This document shows, one piece after another, positions 26,034 through 40,340 of a stretch of 64,000 nt of DNA. Position 1 is the stretch's first letter, and every line of letters starts with the position of its first letter. Under the pieces are notes generated by a model. It saw only the letters and a program-made list of their open reading frames with translations, ran no database searches and was not told the origin of the DNA. A program made the translations under genes and the position numbers. The stretch lies in the sequence record MH494197.1, one strand, 5' to 3'.

Positions 26034-27447
26034 TTAGTACTTAGCTACGTTGACGCTTTTGTCAGCTTCATATTCGTAGTGTACAGTTTCGCCAAATGGT
26101 GCTTGTTTGTTAGGATTGCTGTGGATAACAAACAGTGTCTTACAGTAATCAGGATCACCCCATGACTGCCACGGCTCACCATCGGTAAACATAATAAGCT
26201 GTTTAGGCTTATAGTTGTCATGCTTCATATGAACCCATACTGCTTCAAAGTCAGTACCACCACCACCTTTCACTGGATATTCGAGAATCTTACTCTCTTC
26301 ACCAGTTTTGTAATCTTTCACAGTATAAACTTCAGTATCGAACGTCATGATACGGATTTTAAATTGTTTAAACTGCTTAGTGATACCCAGTACTTCACTG
26401 ATGAAATCACGGAGCATATCTTCAGAGATAGAACCGGATGCATCTAGTGCAATTGCAATATCAATATCATCATCTGGTTTCATACCGGGAAGATTGGATT
26501 CCCGTAGAATGAACCAGAACTACCAAAACCAGCACCCCATGAACGACGATTAGGATTTTGATAAGTTGCATCAGACTTCAACCAGCTACGCAGTGTGCGG
26601 TGAAGTTTAGAACGCCAGTCAATCTTAGGTTCTTTGAAGTTGTTAATCATACGTGCGATTTCAGCAGGAGTACCACCTGCACGAGCAGCATTCATCATTG
26701 CTGTTTTGAAATCATCCATATAATCACGTTTTTGTTTCTCACTTGAACCACCCTCTTGACCTTCTTGTGGAACGTCATGCTGGTCGATTGTTGTACCTTT
26801 GCCTTTACCATCTTTGATATCACCAAAAGTACCGCGTGATTTACCTTCACCCTCACCACTACCAGCCTGTGGATTTCCTTCACCTTCTCCGTCTTGATCC
26901 TGCTTATCTTCTTCTTCGAGAATATTATAAATCTCTTCAGCAGTCATACCATCGTACTTTTTATCGTACAGCCATTGGCTTTGGATTTTACCAATTTTAT
27001 CACGAACAAGAATCTGGTTAATTGCATAGTCAGCAGCACGGTTATAACGCTGCGGGTCACGCATACCACGACGCAAGAAGTGGTCATATGCACAGTGAAG
27101 AATTTCATGACAAATAACTGCAATCAGGTTTTCATCAGTCAAACCTTCTGTCATTTCTTTAAGTTGTTCTTCAGTTACTTCAGGATGTTTCTCACGAATT
27201 GCTTCTTCGTATGCTGACTTTTGGATTGGTCCTGAATACCCATGATGAATTCTACGTTGTAGAATAAATGCTTACCATCTACAGCCAAAGTACGACACCA
27301 TGTGTTGTTTGCAACTGGACGCAGACGAGAAGCCAGTACACCAAAGAATGGGAATGTTAGCATTAAAGATGTGCGAGCTAAGATCAGACGATCTTGACAT
27401 TCTTTCTGGAGAGCCGGAGTAACATCACTGAAACGTTTATCTGACAT
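26034..27447 (-). CDS. Metallopeptidase-like + vWA domain protein (MoxR partner), frameshifted
   Basis: TLAVDGKHLFYN, HEILH (HExxH), IALDASGSISE (MIDAS), GGGGTDF, FTDGE. Confidence 0.85.
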
Positions 27448-27520
27448 TTGTATTTCCTCGTTTAGTTAAGATAAAGAAGGATACCATGTGGTATCCTCCT
27501 TGTCAACACTCTTTTAATTA

Positions 27521-28846
27521 TTAACCAAGAGAGCGTGCTTTACGTACTAGGTCAGAGTACTTCATAACGAAGTCTTTAAACGCTGGTACATCTTTAATCG
27601 TAATCGCTACTTTATGAAGCGTGATGGTACGAATCGCCAGTACTGCCAGTTCTGCTTGAGTTGCAGAGAAGTTATGGTCTAGGAAGGTGATGAAGTTGTT
27701 GCACAGCTTACCCCAATCTTCCACTGGTAGACGTTGTTCTTGCTTCTCATTGTAGAGGTCGATAATTTTGTAAACCAGATTCAGAGTGATGAAGTAGTTC
27801 GCGGAAATATCGAGCGAAGCATCAATCTCTTTAATCTCACCCTGTAGGATGGACATGGTATCTGGTAGTTTAGCTACGTTATCAACATACTCGATGTATT
27901 CAGTTGCTACGCCTTCACCAACACGACCTGCAATCATCGCACGGAACACTTCTTTATCAATGTTCTTAACTTTCTTCAGATCTTCGTAGCGTGCTACTGC
28001 TTCCCATGAACGTGGAGAAGTACCACCACAGTGAGAAGGATCTTGTGGGCTAAGGGTGTTGAAGTGTTTAGCACCAGTGTTGTTGATGAACGCTACAGTT
28101 GCTGGGTTCAAACGCTTGCCAATCGCATAATCGTTAATCCAATCTTGATGATAAGGAATCATTTCGATGTGGGTCATACGGTCACGCAGTGGTGTAGCTA
28201 GAGAGAACGTTACACCGCCATCAGTTTCACGGTTACCTGCTGCGAGAATCAGTGCAGTCTTAGGTAGCTTCATCTCACCAACACAACGGTCGAGGATTAG
28301 CTGATAAGACGCTGCCTGTACAATCGGCATTGCAGAGTTGATTTCGTCAAACAGAATAACACCTTTCCAATCTGGAGACAGTTTCAGTACTTTAGGTGCT
28401 GCCCACACAACTGCTGTTTCAGCGATGTAATCTTGTGCACTAGCCAGTTCAGATTCAATCAGTTGCTTACCATCCATATCAAGGAACACTTTCTCTGGAA
28501 CTGGGATACCACGAAGGTCACTTGGTTCAATCTGAGACAAACGGAAATCGATAAAGTTAGTGTCTTGGTCGATTAGTTTGGCTTCAAACGCTGCCAGTTC
28601 ACGGCGAAGTTGATCAGCATTTTCAGTATCAGCTTCGATTTGTTGTTTCATGAACTCAATTTTGCCACGTTATCTTTACGCAGTGGGTAGTTCTCATCAG
28701 CGTATTGACGTGCGATAGCAGATTTACCGATACGGGCTACCCCAAATCATCAGGCTATCTTGAATCATGTCAGCCAGTGCCATTGCTTCTTTAGCTTTCT
28801 TAGGAGTCAGTTTTACGTTCAGGATATCGTTGTTTTGAGTAGACAT
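27521..28846 (-). CDS. MoxR-type AAA+ ATPase (frameshifted near 28700)
   Basis: Walker A WGSP(G)IGKS, DLRGIP, Walker B ILFDEINSA, AAGNR, LRDRMTH. Confidence 0.9.
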
Positions 28847-28887
28847 GTATATTTTCCTTTTGTTGGATAAAATCGTTTAGGTTTCTA

Positions 28888-29325
28888 TTATAGCCAATCC
28901 GTGGGCAAAGTAAAGGAACTGTGTTAAAAGAATTTTAACTTATCAGTTCCTTTGTTACTTCATGAATCATCCGTGTATTTAAAAGGCATTTCTCTTTGCC
29001 GTCTTGATGTGTCATTATATCACATCGTTCAGGCTTGTCAACAACTTTTTTATTTCTTTTCAATCTCACATCTTGTGATTTTGAAAACTTGCTTCGTGGT
29101 GGTCATTATAACACATCATTCGGCGTTGTCAACATCTTTTTCTTTATTTTCGAAGCTACATGTGCATCGAAAATAACATTCTAAAATCATCACCACACAA
29201 TGTTAACTCTGTAACTATCATTTGCGTCGAGAGGTATATGTACTGCCCTTCTACATAGTAGGGTGAAGTACATATCCTATCAAGCGATGTAAAGATTATA
29301 GAACTTTTGAACTCTCTTTGCAAGG
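28888..29325 (-). promoter_or_regulatory. Cluster of about four sigma70-like early promoters driving the MoxR operon
   Basis: Minus-strand TTGACA-N16-TATAAT at 29014-29041 and 29105-29132 (near-duplicate elements with extended TG), TTGCAA-N17-TATAAT near 29296-29324, and another TATAAT near 28888. Confidence 0.75.
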
Positions 29326-29528
29326 GGATTTTTGTAAATTCGTAAAGAATGTTTTCTTTACAAATTGTATATCCAAACTTGCTAAGTCTTAAACCACCGC
29401 CAGTTCTGAAATTTTCAAAATTGACATCAGAAGCATACGGTCTGTTAATTCAGCGTCTGATCCATGTACTTCTCTAACTTTTAAAAGTACATCGTTTTGA
29501 AATTCAGTACTGTTGTGTGGTTCAGGAA

Positions 29529-29926
29529 TCATAAATTACATCCCCACGAAACCCTGTCTTGCTGCATATGAAGGAGCATCTTTAACTTTATAGTCTTGGA
29601 CACCATCTTTACCAATTTTCGGACCCATATCTTTGGTTCCGAAGCAGCAATCAGTGGATTCATCAACTTCTTCAGTACTTTCATCATTATATCGAACATC
29701 CGATAAAATGTCACACGCTTTTGAAGCTTTTCTACGATTTCTTTTGATCTTCACCTGATTTAACCTTATCCACAATGTGGATAAGGCATTCGGTGATATC
29801 TTTAAGTAAATCGGTGGCAACAGCATCAGAAGGAGTCTCAACTGCAAAACTTTCTTCTTCAGTAGATTCTTCACTAGAAGTGATTTCATCTAATGCTTCA
29901 ACCAATTCACGATAATTATATCCCAT
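29529..29926 (-). CDS. Acidic hypothetical protein (frameshifted)
   Basis: MGYNYRELVEALDEI... joined to the C-terminal part of ORF 29536..29889; start approximate. Confidence 0.4.
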
Positions 29927-30909
29927 CTTATTTGTCCCTAGAAATTGTTGATATTTCTTCTGGAGACTTTCGAAAATGTCTTCGACTTCTTCATCGCTTT
30001 CATCTTCTAGTTCTTCGTTACCTTCCACGGACTCATCACTCTCATTAACATTGAGTGGGTTGTCACCTAGAGCAGTACACGGAAACTTAGGTTCAAATTT
30101 GTGAACACGGTTCTCGTTACCGTCATTGTCATAGTACTCTGGTTCAGGACGATTGTCAACATCTTCATCAACGACACGTCTCCAGTAGAACTTGTTACCC
30201 TTGGTAATAACAACAAAGTGGTCACCTTCTACACCATTAGTTTTAGCTTGACCGTCACGAACAGCATCAGCTTCAGTGTTGTAAGGGCCAAAATCAGTAC
30301 TGTCACCTTGTTCTTCATCTTCAGAGATGGTTAGGTCTGGTAGGAAAGTGTTTTCTTCAACTTTAACTTCAGTATCTGGGTTACCTTCTACAGAATATTC
30401 ATCTTCTGGTTCGTCTTGAAGACCAGCTAGAGATAGCATACGACTGAAATCGAATTCTTCTTCGATGATTTCTTCTTCTTCCTCTTCTTCAACTGATTCT
30501 AGTTGAGGTTGACCGGAAAGATCTAAAGAAAACTCTTCTTCATCTGCAACACGGCTCTTCGAACTCTGCATCCATACTTACTTCTTCAGAATCACCACCA
30601 AAATCACCAGCTTCAGCAGATAGTGAGTCAGCAGCAACTTCTAATGGGTCTTCAACAGGTGCATCAATTGCACCATCCATTGAACCACCAACTTCTTCTT
30701 CTGCACCAGCACCAATTGAATCCATATCGAGTGGTGCGATTGGTGTAGAAAGGGTCATTGACCCATAGAAGGAACTGGAGCAGCAACAGGAGAAGCTTGA
30801 CGCTCGGCTTGACCAGCTAGTGCAAGCATACGAGATAGTGTTTCTAGATCTTCAGATTCTAGTCCTGCGATATCGATTTTAACTTGTGCTTCATTAATTT
30901 TTTAGCCAT
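29920..30909 (-). CDS. Very acidic, low-complexity late protein (scaffold/core-like), frameshifted
   Basis: Fragments 30540..30758 and 29732..30571; E/D-rich; late motif TAAATA upstream near 30945. Confidence 0.5.
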
Positions 30910-30931
30910 TTTAAATAAATCCTTTTAGTTA

Positions 30932-32433
30932 TCAATCATTCTTATTTAATGATTTTAAAATTTGCACTGTTTCATCCTTTTTACCAGATAGTAAAATGTC
31001 AGCAGCAATTAGAGAAACCTCATCACCACGCGTTAAGAGTACTGTAATTTTCTTAGCGTAAGGTGATTCTTTAATTCGTGAAGCCAATGATTGAACTTCA
31101 TCACCGGAGCAGGAACTTCAGGTTCTGGCTCTGATACAGGTTCTGGTTCTTTAGTAGGTTCAGCTTTTGGTTCAACTACATCAGTACTTGATACTTCAGC
31201 ATCTACTTTATCTTCAGGTTCTTCTTCTTTCTTATCAGCACGTTCTGCATCATAACGAGCAAGAATGTCATCAGCAGTTGATTTTGGAATCAATTTACCA
31301 TCAGCACTAATAAAGCGGTTACCACCGATATAAGAATACTCTGTGCCTTTCTTAGATTTTACTTTAGTTCCGATTTTCATTGCACCAGAACTATTATGGC
31401 GAATTATATCACGTTGAGCAGCACGTTCAACACTTTTGCAGCACTAGAATTTAGTTGTTTTTAGTTTCTACATCAAACCATGCATTTTTTGTTTAATGTA
31501 TGTTTTACCTTTATTTGAAGTAATGCGGTAACCATGTGGAACCACAACAGATTCAGTTTCTTCAATCTCTTCATCTGCTTCATTAATGGATTCTTTTGTT
31601 GCGAATACTGGCTGTTTTACTGGTTGTTTAGGTTGTTCTGGCTTTTCACCTGAACCAAAACGTTGTTCACCTGATTCATGATCACCAGTTAGTGAAGGAA
31701 AATCACCGGGTTAGCCTTAACAAATTGTTGATATGCATTAAAGATTACATGTGCATTTTGTTCTGGAATTACAACATTACCATCATTATCACAAAATTCT
31801 TTACCATTCCATTCTGAACGAGTATTACCTTGTACTAATGTAGATTTAATTGGAATTAGTTTGTTTTTGGTGCTAATTGGCGAGCAATACGCATACCTTC
31901 ATCGGAAAGTTTACGTGTCATTGCTGGGTCAACTGGACGTCCAGATTTTGCATCAACAAAACGGTGATTTTAGGGATGAATTTAAATCCACTAACTTCCA
32001 TACCTGCTGGAATAGAAATATCATCAGCATATGGTGGAAGGATATAGAATTTTAGGGAGTTCCATTCTTTTGTAGAGTTTCTTTTGAAACATTATATACA
32101 CGGTGGTCATCTGCCATTAGTTCAGTGATAATTTCACTTTCAGTTAGTAGAATTCCATCTTTAGAATTGAAACGATTTTCACCAAGAAATGTACACTCTT
32201 TACCTTCAAGAATATATTTTTACCAATTTTATATTCACTAGAAGATAGATTGTGCTCAACAATCTGTTGTCGAGCACTTGCGTACATGGATGGGTATTTT
32301 TAGGGTCTACCATTAACATATTATTGTCGTTAAACCAGAAACCTTCTAGAAATACATATTTGCCACCAGTGTGAGAAGTATATACATATCCATTAGGTAC
32401 TGTGGTAGTTTCAGTACTGAAAAAATTATCCAT
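30932..32433 (-). CDS. Hypothetical protein with Pro/Glu-rich linkers (multiple frameshifts)
   Basis: Starts MDNFFSTETTTVPNGYVY; includes fragment 31033..31380; repeated G-x-x-Y-x-F/Y-x-G-x-x-W/F units. Confidence 0.4.
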
Positions 32434-32445
32434 GTGTTGATTCTC

Positions 32446-32989
32446 CTTAAGAAAGCATACGCAAAAGTTGTTCACGCTGCTCTGGACTTAATTTTTGTAG
32501 AGCATCAGGATACTAGAACCTTGTGCTTTTGGCTGTTCCTGTGGTGCTGGTTGTGGAGCATTGTCAGGTTGAGCTTGTGGTGCAGGACGTTGTTGTTCTT
32601 CACCTTTATCATCATCACGATAATCATTCATCAAGTCACGTGCTGCTGCCAATAGAGCAGAACCAACATCTTTAGGAGTAAAAGTACGACGACTGTTATT
32701 TCCCGTGTTTTATATCAAGGTTATTTCCTTTGAAGAATTGTGCAACATCAGCATATGGTACTGATGGCTGTGCTTTACCGTATTTGCGACCAACATAGCG
32801 TTTAAATTCAGCCCAAAGACGGTTTGCTTCTGCACCAACTTCTTGTGCACCTTGTTCTACTTGACCACTACCGAAAAAGCCTTTTACTTTTCCTTTTGCA
32901 CTATCTACTGCACTTTGTGAACGACTATATGGACGAGCTTCATTTAGCTCTTCATCATTATAGTCTAACATTTCATTAAGTATACTCAT
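32446..32989 (-). CDS. Hypothetical structural protein (frameshifted)
   Basis: ORF 32696..32989 continues into a P/Q/A-rich tail. Confidence 0.45.
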
Positions 32990-33523
32990 GTCTCAATCCT
33001 TTTACCAAAACCAGCACTCATATATTGAGAGTATTTATTGTCACTTTTAACTGCTTCAATCGCATCTTTAACTGCGGTTACAGCACGTTCTTCACCAGCT
33101 AAATCATGGCTGTCTTCTGGTTTGCCAAAATCAACACCAATTACTGGTTCGTAATCGTCAAAGTCAATATCATCTTCGAGTTCGGTCATTTCTTGTTGAC
33201 GTGGTTCATCTTTACTACGTACACGGATTAGAGCTTCAGTCATACTTAGTAGGTTGCCAATTTCATACATTAGTACGTTTGATTGAACACCACGGTGGCA
33301 TTTGAAATCAAACATCCAAATTTCACCACAATCTAATTCATAAAAATCTAGTGGTCTTTCCATGAAAATAGTTTTCTTTAGTGCACCAATATCAAATGCA
33401 TCATAACGATCCATTAGGCGTTGTGATACTTTACTTAGTTGCTCATTGGTAGGTTCAACTGCAAACTTGACTCGGTATTCAAAACTGGTTTTTATCCGTT
33501 AGGATTTGTTGTAATCTATTCAT
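32986..33523 (-). CDS. Conserved jumbo-phage structural protein
   Basis: ORF 32986..33414 extended to ATG 33523 (YRVKFAVEP...). Confidence 0.5.
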
Positions 33524-33550
33524 TTTAATAACTCCATAAGGTCGTTTAAG

Positions 33551-34562
<1,012 letters not shown>

Positions 34563-35653
34563 TTAAAAATCTCCTAATATGTTGCCTAATCCGAATTTTG
34601 AGCTTGCAGAAGAAACGATGCTTCCTAAACCAATAGCATTTGCACCTCTTGTCACTGCGGAACCTATGTTTCGGATGGTATCAGGAGTAATGTCACCACG
34701 AAGGATATCACCAGCACTACTGATTATATCACTAACTGATGTTCCTGCTCGGATAATTTTACCAACTGTCGAAATTCCTTTAGTTTTGTCATCAAGTTCA
34801 CCAAAGTACTTAAAGAATCCACTCACACCAAGACCTTCAGTATCGGTGATGAGTTGTGCAATTTCCATTGTAGGGACACCAATACTCAAGTACCCTTCAG
34901 GACCAAAGTTGTTACACGCTTCATAACGCATAGTCAAAGATAATAGTGCTGGGTCACCTTCACTTTCCATAGATTTAGTTTCTAATTGTATATCTTCGAT
35001 GAATACATTTATCATGTTATGAACTGTATAGGTTTCATTATCAATTTCATAGATATTAATTGATTTGAAAAGTACTGGTTGTCGTAGTTACCATTGTTCA
35101 TTACAGAACGACCCCAGTTTCCACCTAAACCATTGAAATTTTCTGGTGTACTGAGTACGTCATTTCGGTAAGATTGTGGGTTCTTGTCAAAGAAGTCACC
35201 ATAGTAGAACTTACGATATGCGTCCATTAAAAGATATCCAGCACCATCGACGGTATCATAGAAAACAACATTACTGGGTTTATAAACAATATCACCAGTA
35301 ACTAAACGTTTTTGTTGTATTGGTTTACGGTTTCAACACTGAAAGAAAAGCTAGGAAGTGTTACGTCTTTTACAAAGCACGATACATTATTAACATCAAA
35401 ATCAGTATGTGTATCTGGGAGTTGAGTTTTAATAAAGTTCTTTGCGAACGGGTTAGTACAAATTCGATAATAAAACTGTTCTTAAATTTTGGTAAATTAT
35501 AGAATGAAAAACCCATTTCACCTGCTGTACCAAACACTCGTTGTGCAGCGTTATAATTTTCAAAAGCTGGATCTCTAATGATGTTGATATTGTCAATAAC
35601 ACCATTAACTATACTAGTTCCAGTACTGACAAATGAATCAAAAAATCACTCAT
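34563..35653 (-). CDS. Tail tube-like / baseplate-tube junction protein (frameshifted)
   Basis: Joins 35012..35227 and 34563..35015; ETVNQYNKKRLV...VFYDTVD and LTMRYE resemble gp19/gp48/gp54-like folds. Confidence 0.55.
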
Positions 35654-35664
35654 GGGTTATCTCC

Positions 35665-36441
35665 TTATAATCCAATGCTACCGAAAACACGGTCAATGAT
35701 ATCTAATCCTTGGTTTACGTTTTCAGGTAAAAGTGAATTTATTCTAGTACTGTACATTTCTTCGATATTATCGAATTGGATACAATTATCAGGTTTTATT
35801 GTAATAACCATTTCAACAGGAGAACTTGAACTATAGTCAAGTGAATCATATGATATATTTTGTATAACACATCCTGTTAGTACAAAGTACTCCATAACGC
35901 CAGCACTATTGTATGATGATCCACCAATGAACTGATCAACAGCGTTGACTAATCCAGTATTGTTGGTAGCGGCAGTTGTTGCATTAACTAATGTGTTTCT
36001 TCCCAAGTCTTCTAGTGTATCATCAGAGTTGCGACCATTCAACATCTGAATGACAATTCCGAACTTATATGAACCATAATCATGGTCAGTTCTGGAAGTA
36101 ATTCTTCGTTGAAAATCTAATTGTTTCTGTAATTGTCTTGACAAGGCTTTTGCTGATGCATTACCAACTGAATCACGGATAGTTAAAGTAATTGGGTCCC
36201 AATCGTGACTACCAATGTAAGATGTATTTGTTGTAAATTGATATAGTTTATGAGTACTGAAAGTAACAGTAGGTCTATCAACTTTATCAACATCTAATGC
36301 AATGTGATCACGCTCATCTATATCAGTACCGAAATTATATACAATAACACGAAATTTGTATTTTGCTTTCGGTTGTAACATTGAACGGTTACGTCCTGAT
36401 GGTAGAGGAACGCCATATTTATTAATCATGTTATTTGCCAT
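35665..36441 (-). CDS. Tail tube protein paralog (T4 gp19-like)
   Basis: LQPKAKYKFRV, WDPITLTIRDSVGN, GCVIQNISYDSLDYSSS. Confidence 0.8.
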   Translation of the reverse strand: MANNMINKYGVPLPSGRNRSMLQPKAKYKFRVIVYNFGTDIDERDHIALDVDKVDRPTVTFSTHKLYQFTTNTSYIGSHDWDPITLTIRDSVGNASAKALSRQLQKQLDFQRRITSRTDHDYGSYKFGIVIQMLNGRNSDDTLEDLGRNTLVNATTAATNNTGLVNAVDQFIGGSSYNSAGVMEYFVLTGCVIQNISYDSLDYSSSSPVEMVITIKPDNCIQFDNIEEMYSTRINSLLPENVNQGLDIIDRVFGSIGL

Positions 36442-36484
36442 AGCAACCTCTTTTATTTTATAAGGTATTATACTTTATTTAGCA

Positions 36485-36515
36485 TAAAAAGCCCCGAACT
36501 AGTTCGAGGCTTACG
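36485..36515 (-). terminator. Intrinsic terminator after the major tube gene
   Basis: aaaaagccccgaac-ta-gttcgaggctt. Confidence 0.65.
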
Positions 36516-36528
36516 TTTAAAAGAAAAA

Positions 36529-37213
36529 TTAATTTTCGTAGAAGTTACTATCTGGTAGAGTAGTACTACTAATGTTGGTTTGTGCACCACTAATAGAGGT
36601 AGCAGTGGATGGGTTACCGAAACCAGTAATTTCATCACCGAACGCTTCACCATTAGGACCGAGTTTTGCACAGCCGTCTGGTTGAATTGTCATAGAAATA
36701 ACTTGTGCTTCACTTGAGGAATAATCCCAGTCACCAAAGTTACTAGATTCGATAAAGCAGCCTTGACATACCCAAGTACTCAAAGTACCTTCAAAAGGTT
36801 AGAAGTGTTTTCACTATTGGAGCCATCTAGCTCTTGAATCCACATTTCAAATTTGAACTGGGAATCAGTCATACGAGATTCTTGACTGTAATAGTTAAAT
36901 TCTTTACGCATTTGGTTATAAAGAGCTTTAGCAGAAGCATTACCAACTGAATCACGGAAAGCCACATCAATAGTATCCCAAGTATACTTACCTTTATAGT
37001 GAGCAGAACTGTTATAACTATGCACAGTGACGTTTTCATGTGATACAGATACAGCACCAACGGTGTTGGTATCTAGGTAATCATATTGCCATCGTCGTTA
37101 GCACCGAAGCCAAAGAAAACAACACGGAATTTATATTTTGCTTTAGGTTGTTTCATAGAGATACGACCACCGCCAGCGAGCGGAACGCCATATCGATCAA
37201 GCATTGTAGCCAT
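36529..37213 (-). CDS. Tail tube protein (T4 gp19-like), frameshifted
   Basis: MKQPKAKYKFRV, WDTIDVAFRDSVGN, WVCQGCFIESSNFGDWDYSSSE. Confidence 0.85.
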
Positions 37214-37583
37214 TTATATTCTCCTGTTATGGAATGACATCTTTATATTATTTATCTATTACTTACACTTTTATTGAAGTATCTCATCAACAGGAAACCA
37301 ATCTATATTCACACAATACAAGTACTTTTTCTTGTTTATGATCTGTATAGTTTACACCAACCGACCATTTACCATTTGTGTAAACATTGTATTCTCGAAT
37401 TATACCGACAATGTTCCAAATTTTGTATAAAAGCTTTAAGGATTTTACGGCATCGTCCTGTGTCGCTACAGTTTTACTTACATCTTGTAATGTTTTTAAG
37501 TATTTCTTCCATATTATTCCTGATCGTTGAATTAATAACATAACGTATTTAATTTTAAACAATAAAAGGAACCAAAAGGTTCC

Positions 37584-40246
37584 TTAGTGTTTTATTGAGT
37601 CTTTTCAATACGAATAGGTACGTAAATGAAGTTGATAGACTTAGTAGGTTGGATTGCAATATCCATCCAAAGTTCGTTACGGTCAATACGTTCAGAAGTG
37701 TTGTTACTTTCGTCACAAACTACTGCGAAGTTGTATAGACCTTGTTGTTGAACGATTTCAGCTAGAAGCTATTCACTACACCACTGAATTCCTGACGAGT
37801 ACTTGGAGTATTCAAACGGAATAGGAATGGTTCAGAGATGATTTCTAGTTGACGACGAATGTAAACAACCAAACGAGCAACGTTAACACGGCTTAGTGCA
37901 GAGGTTTGGTTAGCAGATAGTGTTTTATCACCATATACTAGCAAGCCACGGTTAGGACGCATTGCAATTGGGTTAATGTTGTTGGTATACATCACGTCAC
38001 GTTGACCTTGGTTGTATACTACTGGTTGATATTCACCTTCACTGTTAATGAAACCAGTACTTGCAGCGTTGGTTACAACACCACGAGTAGTACCAGCAGG
38101 TGGATACCATACAAAACTAACACTATCACTGTACGCATAGGTACGCATTGCAACAGTACTGCCGGAACCGCTACTTCTTCACCATCAACGTTAGTACTTA
38201 GACACCAGCCCATGTACTGAGCAGCATAATCATATGCAGAAGTACGGCCTACTGAACCATTACTTGGTGCGTTATTCGCGTTAGTAGCCCATTCTTGAAC
38301 TGCACTACCGTTTCCGGTTGGGTTCAAACGAGCAGGTACATCAGTTACAATGAACGCTGTTTCTTTACGATCAGTGTTTAGGGTAATACATTCATCTAGA
38401 GTTTCTACATAACCGGAACACAGATTAGGTTGAAGTCGATGAATTCAGAACGGATATCATCATTACCGACGATTACAGCAGCTAGTGCTTCAACGATTAG
38501 TTTGCGTTGTGCTGCACGACCGAATAGACCTGCACCATCAAGACTAACACCACTAACAACTTGCCATTGACCATTAACCATTTTCTTAACAACACCTTCG
38601 GTATTACCGAGGTCAATTGCAAGCATACCATTCTGATAAAGAGCAGCAGAAGCAACTTGTTCAGGGAAGTTAAAGTCAGCGAAAATCATACCGTTTAGAG
38701 TACTTTGGTCAGTATTGTCTAGTTTAACCCACTCACCATCAACGTTACGATAGAAATCATAACCATCAATGCCTTGAGATAGAGGGCGTACCCAAATTAG
38801 GCGGTCAGCCGATGGCTCATCAACTTGAACGTATTTGTTATCTTCTTGTACTAGATCCCATTCGTCATTTGCAACATCTGCAATGTACATGGTAACAGTT
38901 AGGTTATCTGAATTACCGAAATCATACCAAATAGTACCGTCTTTAGCAATACTACGTGGAACAGAAGAGCTAACACGCAAGTTATTAACGTTAACTAGAG
39001 AATAGTTGTTACTATCTACAGTTAGTTTAGCTAGTTCATTCGCTGCAAAAATATCATCACCGCTTTGGGTAACTTTAAAGCTATAACCTTTGGTGTTTGT
39101 AACTACCAAACCGCCATTAGATTCACGTTTGAATTTGAATCCATCATTGATAAGATCAGCACTAACATTTAGATTATCGATGATAGTTTGAGTATTAATT
39201 ACGCCACCTTGTGGTACTGCAAGTACTTTAACAGATTTGTTTAGGTAAGCGAAAGTCAAATAACTATTTTCACCAGCTTGCTCAATAACAGTTTCACCTA
39301 GTGGTACTGCTGGAGCACTAATTGCTGATAGTTTTGCACTTTGAATATAGAAAGAGAAACTCTTACTATCGTCATCAAAACGGCAAGCAATATAACTGTT
39401 GTTTAGTACACCACTCTTAGCTTCAACTTCTTGGAAAGAATTACCAGTATATGCTGGAACGATATTCCAAACTTGAGTTAGAGATGCATAACGTTTTAGA
39501 ACAAAGCGAGTGCCAAAATAGTTTGAACCATTTTGAGTATAACCATCACGAATCCATACGTTACCTTGTTCAACAGTTGAACCAACTGGAACTTTGTTGA
39601 TTGGTGATAGATAAGTTTCAACCTGTACTAGACCAGATGCTGCACGTTTGTACATAAGCATTTGACCATTACTTGGCTTATAACGTAGAACTAGATCATC
39701 AACGTTTAGACCAACTAGGCTAACATCGTCAACTTCTTCAGAACTTACGATGGTAACAGGCTTCAATTGCCAGTCATAGAAGCTGCTTGGGCTGTCTTTC
39801 TTAGCAACATAAGCTTCAATTTGTGATTGAGCAGCATCAAACCATAGAGTACCATTTGGTACTGGGCCAGTTGGTGCAGTTGCACTTGGTGATAGTTGAG
39901 CCAAATCGATATCAGCACGAATAACATATGCACGGTTGGTGATACCTAGATAAGAATATACAGCATGTAGACCATATTCGTTTAGTTCGTCACCTTGAAC
40001 AACTGAACCATTGTTCATTTGGAAAATTGGTGAGCCAAATGTATCTAGTGAGCTTTTCTGTGATGTTAGTAGCTGTAGTTTACCAGCGTTTGCTTTAGTG
40101 GTTCCGCAGCGATTGCACTGCTACCGGAACAAGTTTGTCTTCAGCAGTAGCGATTACAAATAGTGGTACTGTGCGAGCAGCAGCAGTACTCATACTTTCA
40201 TCAGTTACTGAAATGGAAACGCCGGTGAGAGTAGATCTCCTGCCAT
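37584..40246 (-). CDS. Tail sheath protein (T4 gp18-like), frameshifted
   Basis: PGVSISVTDE at the N-terminus, ELNEYGLHAVYSYLG, WYPPAGTTRG, QRDVMYTNNINPI, GDKTL...SALSRVNVARL, AIQPTKSINFIYVP. Confidence 0.92.
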
Positions 40247-40340
40247 ATTAAATCCTCCAAAAATAATTGGTTATTCGAATTATATTCGTATAGTCTTATT
40301 TATTGAAGGATTTGAATGTCAAGTCCTAATTGTTTTAATT

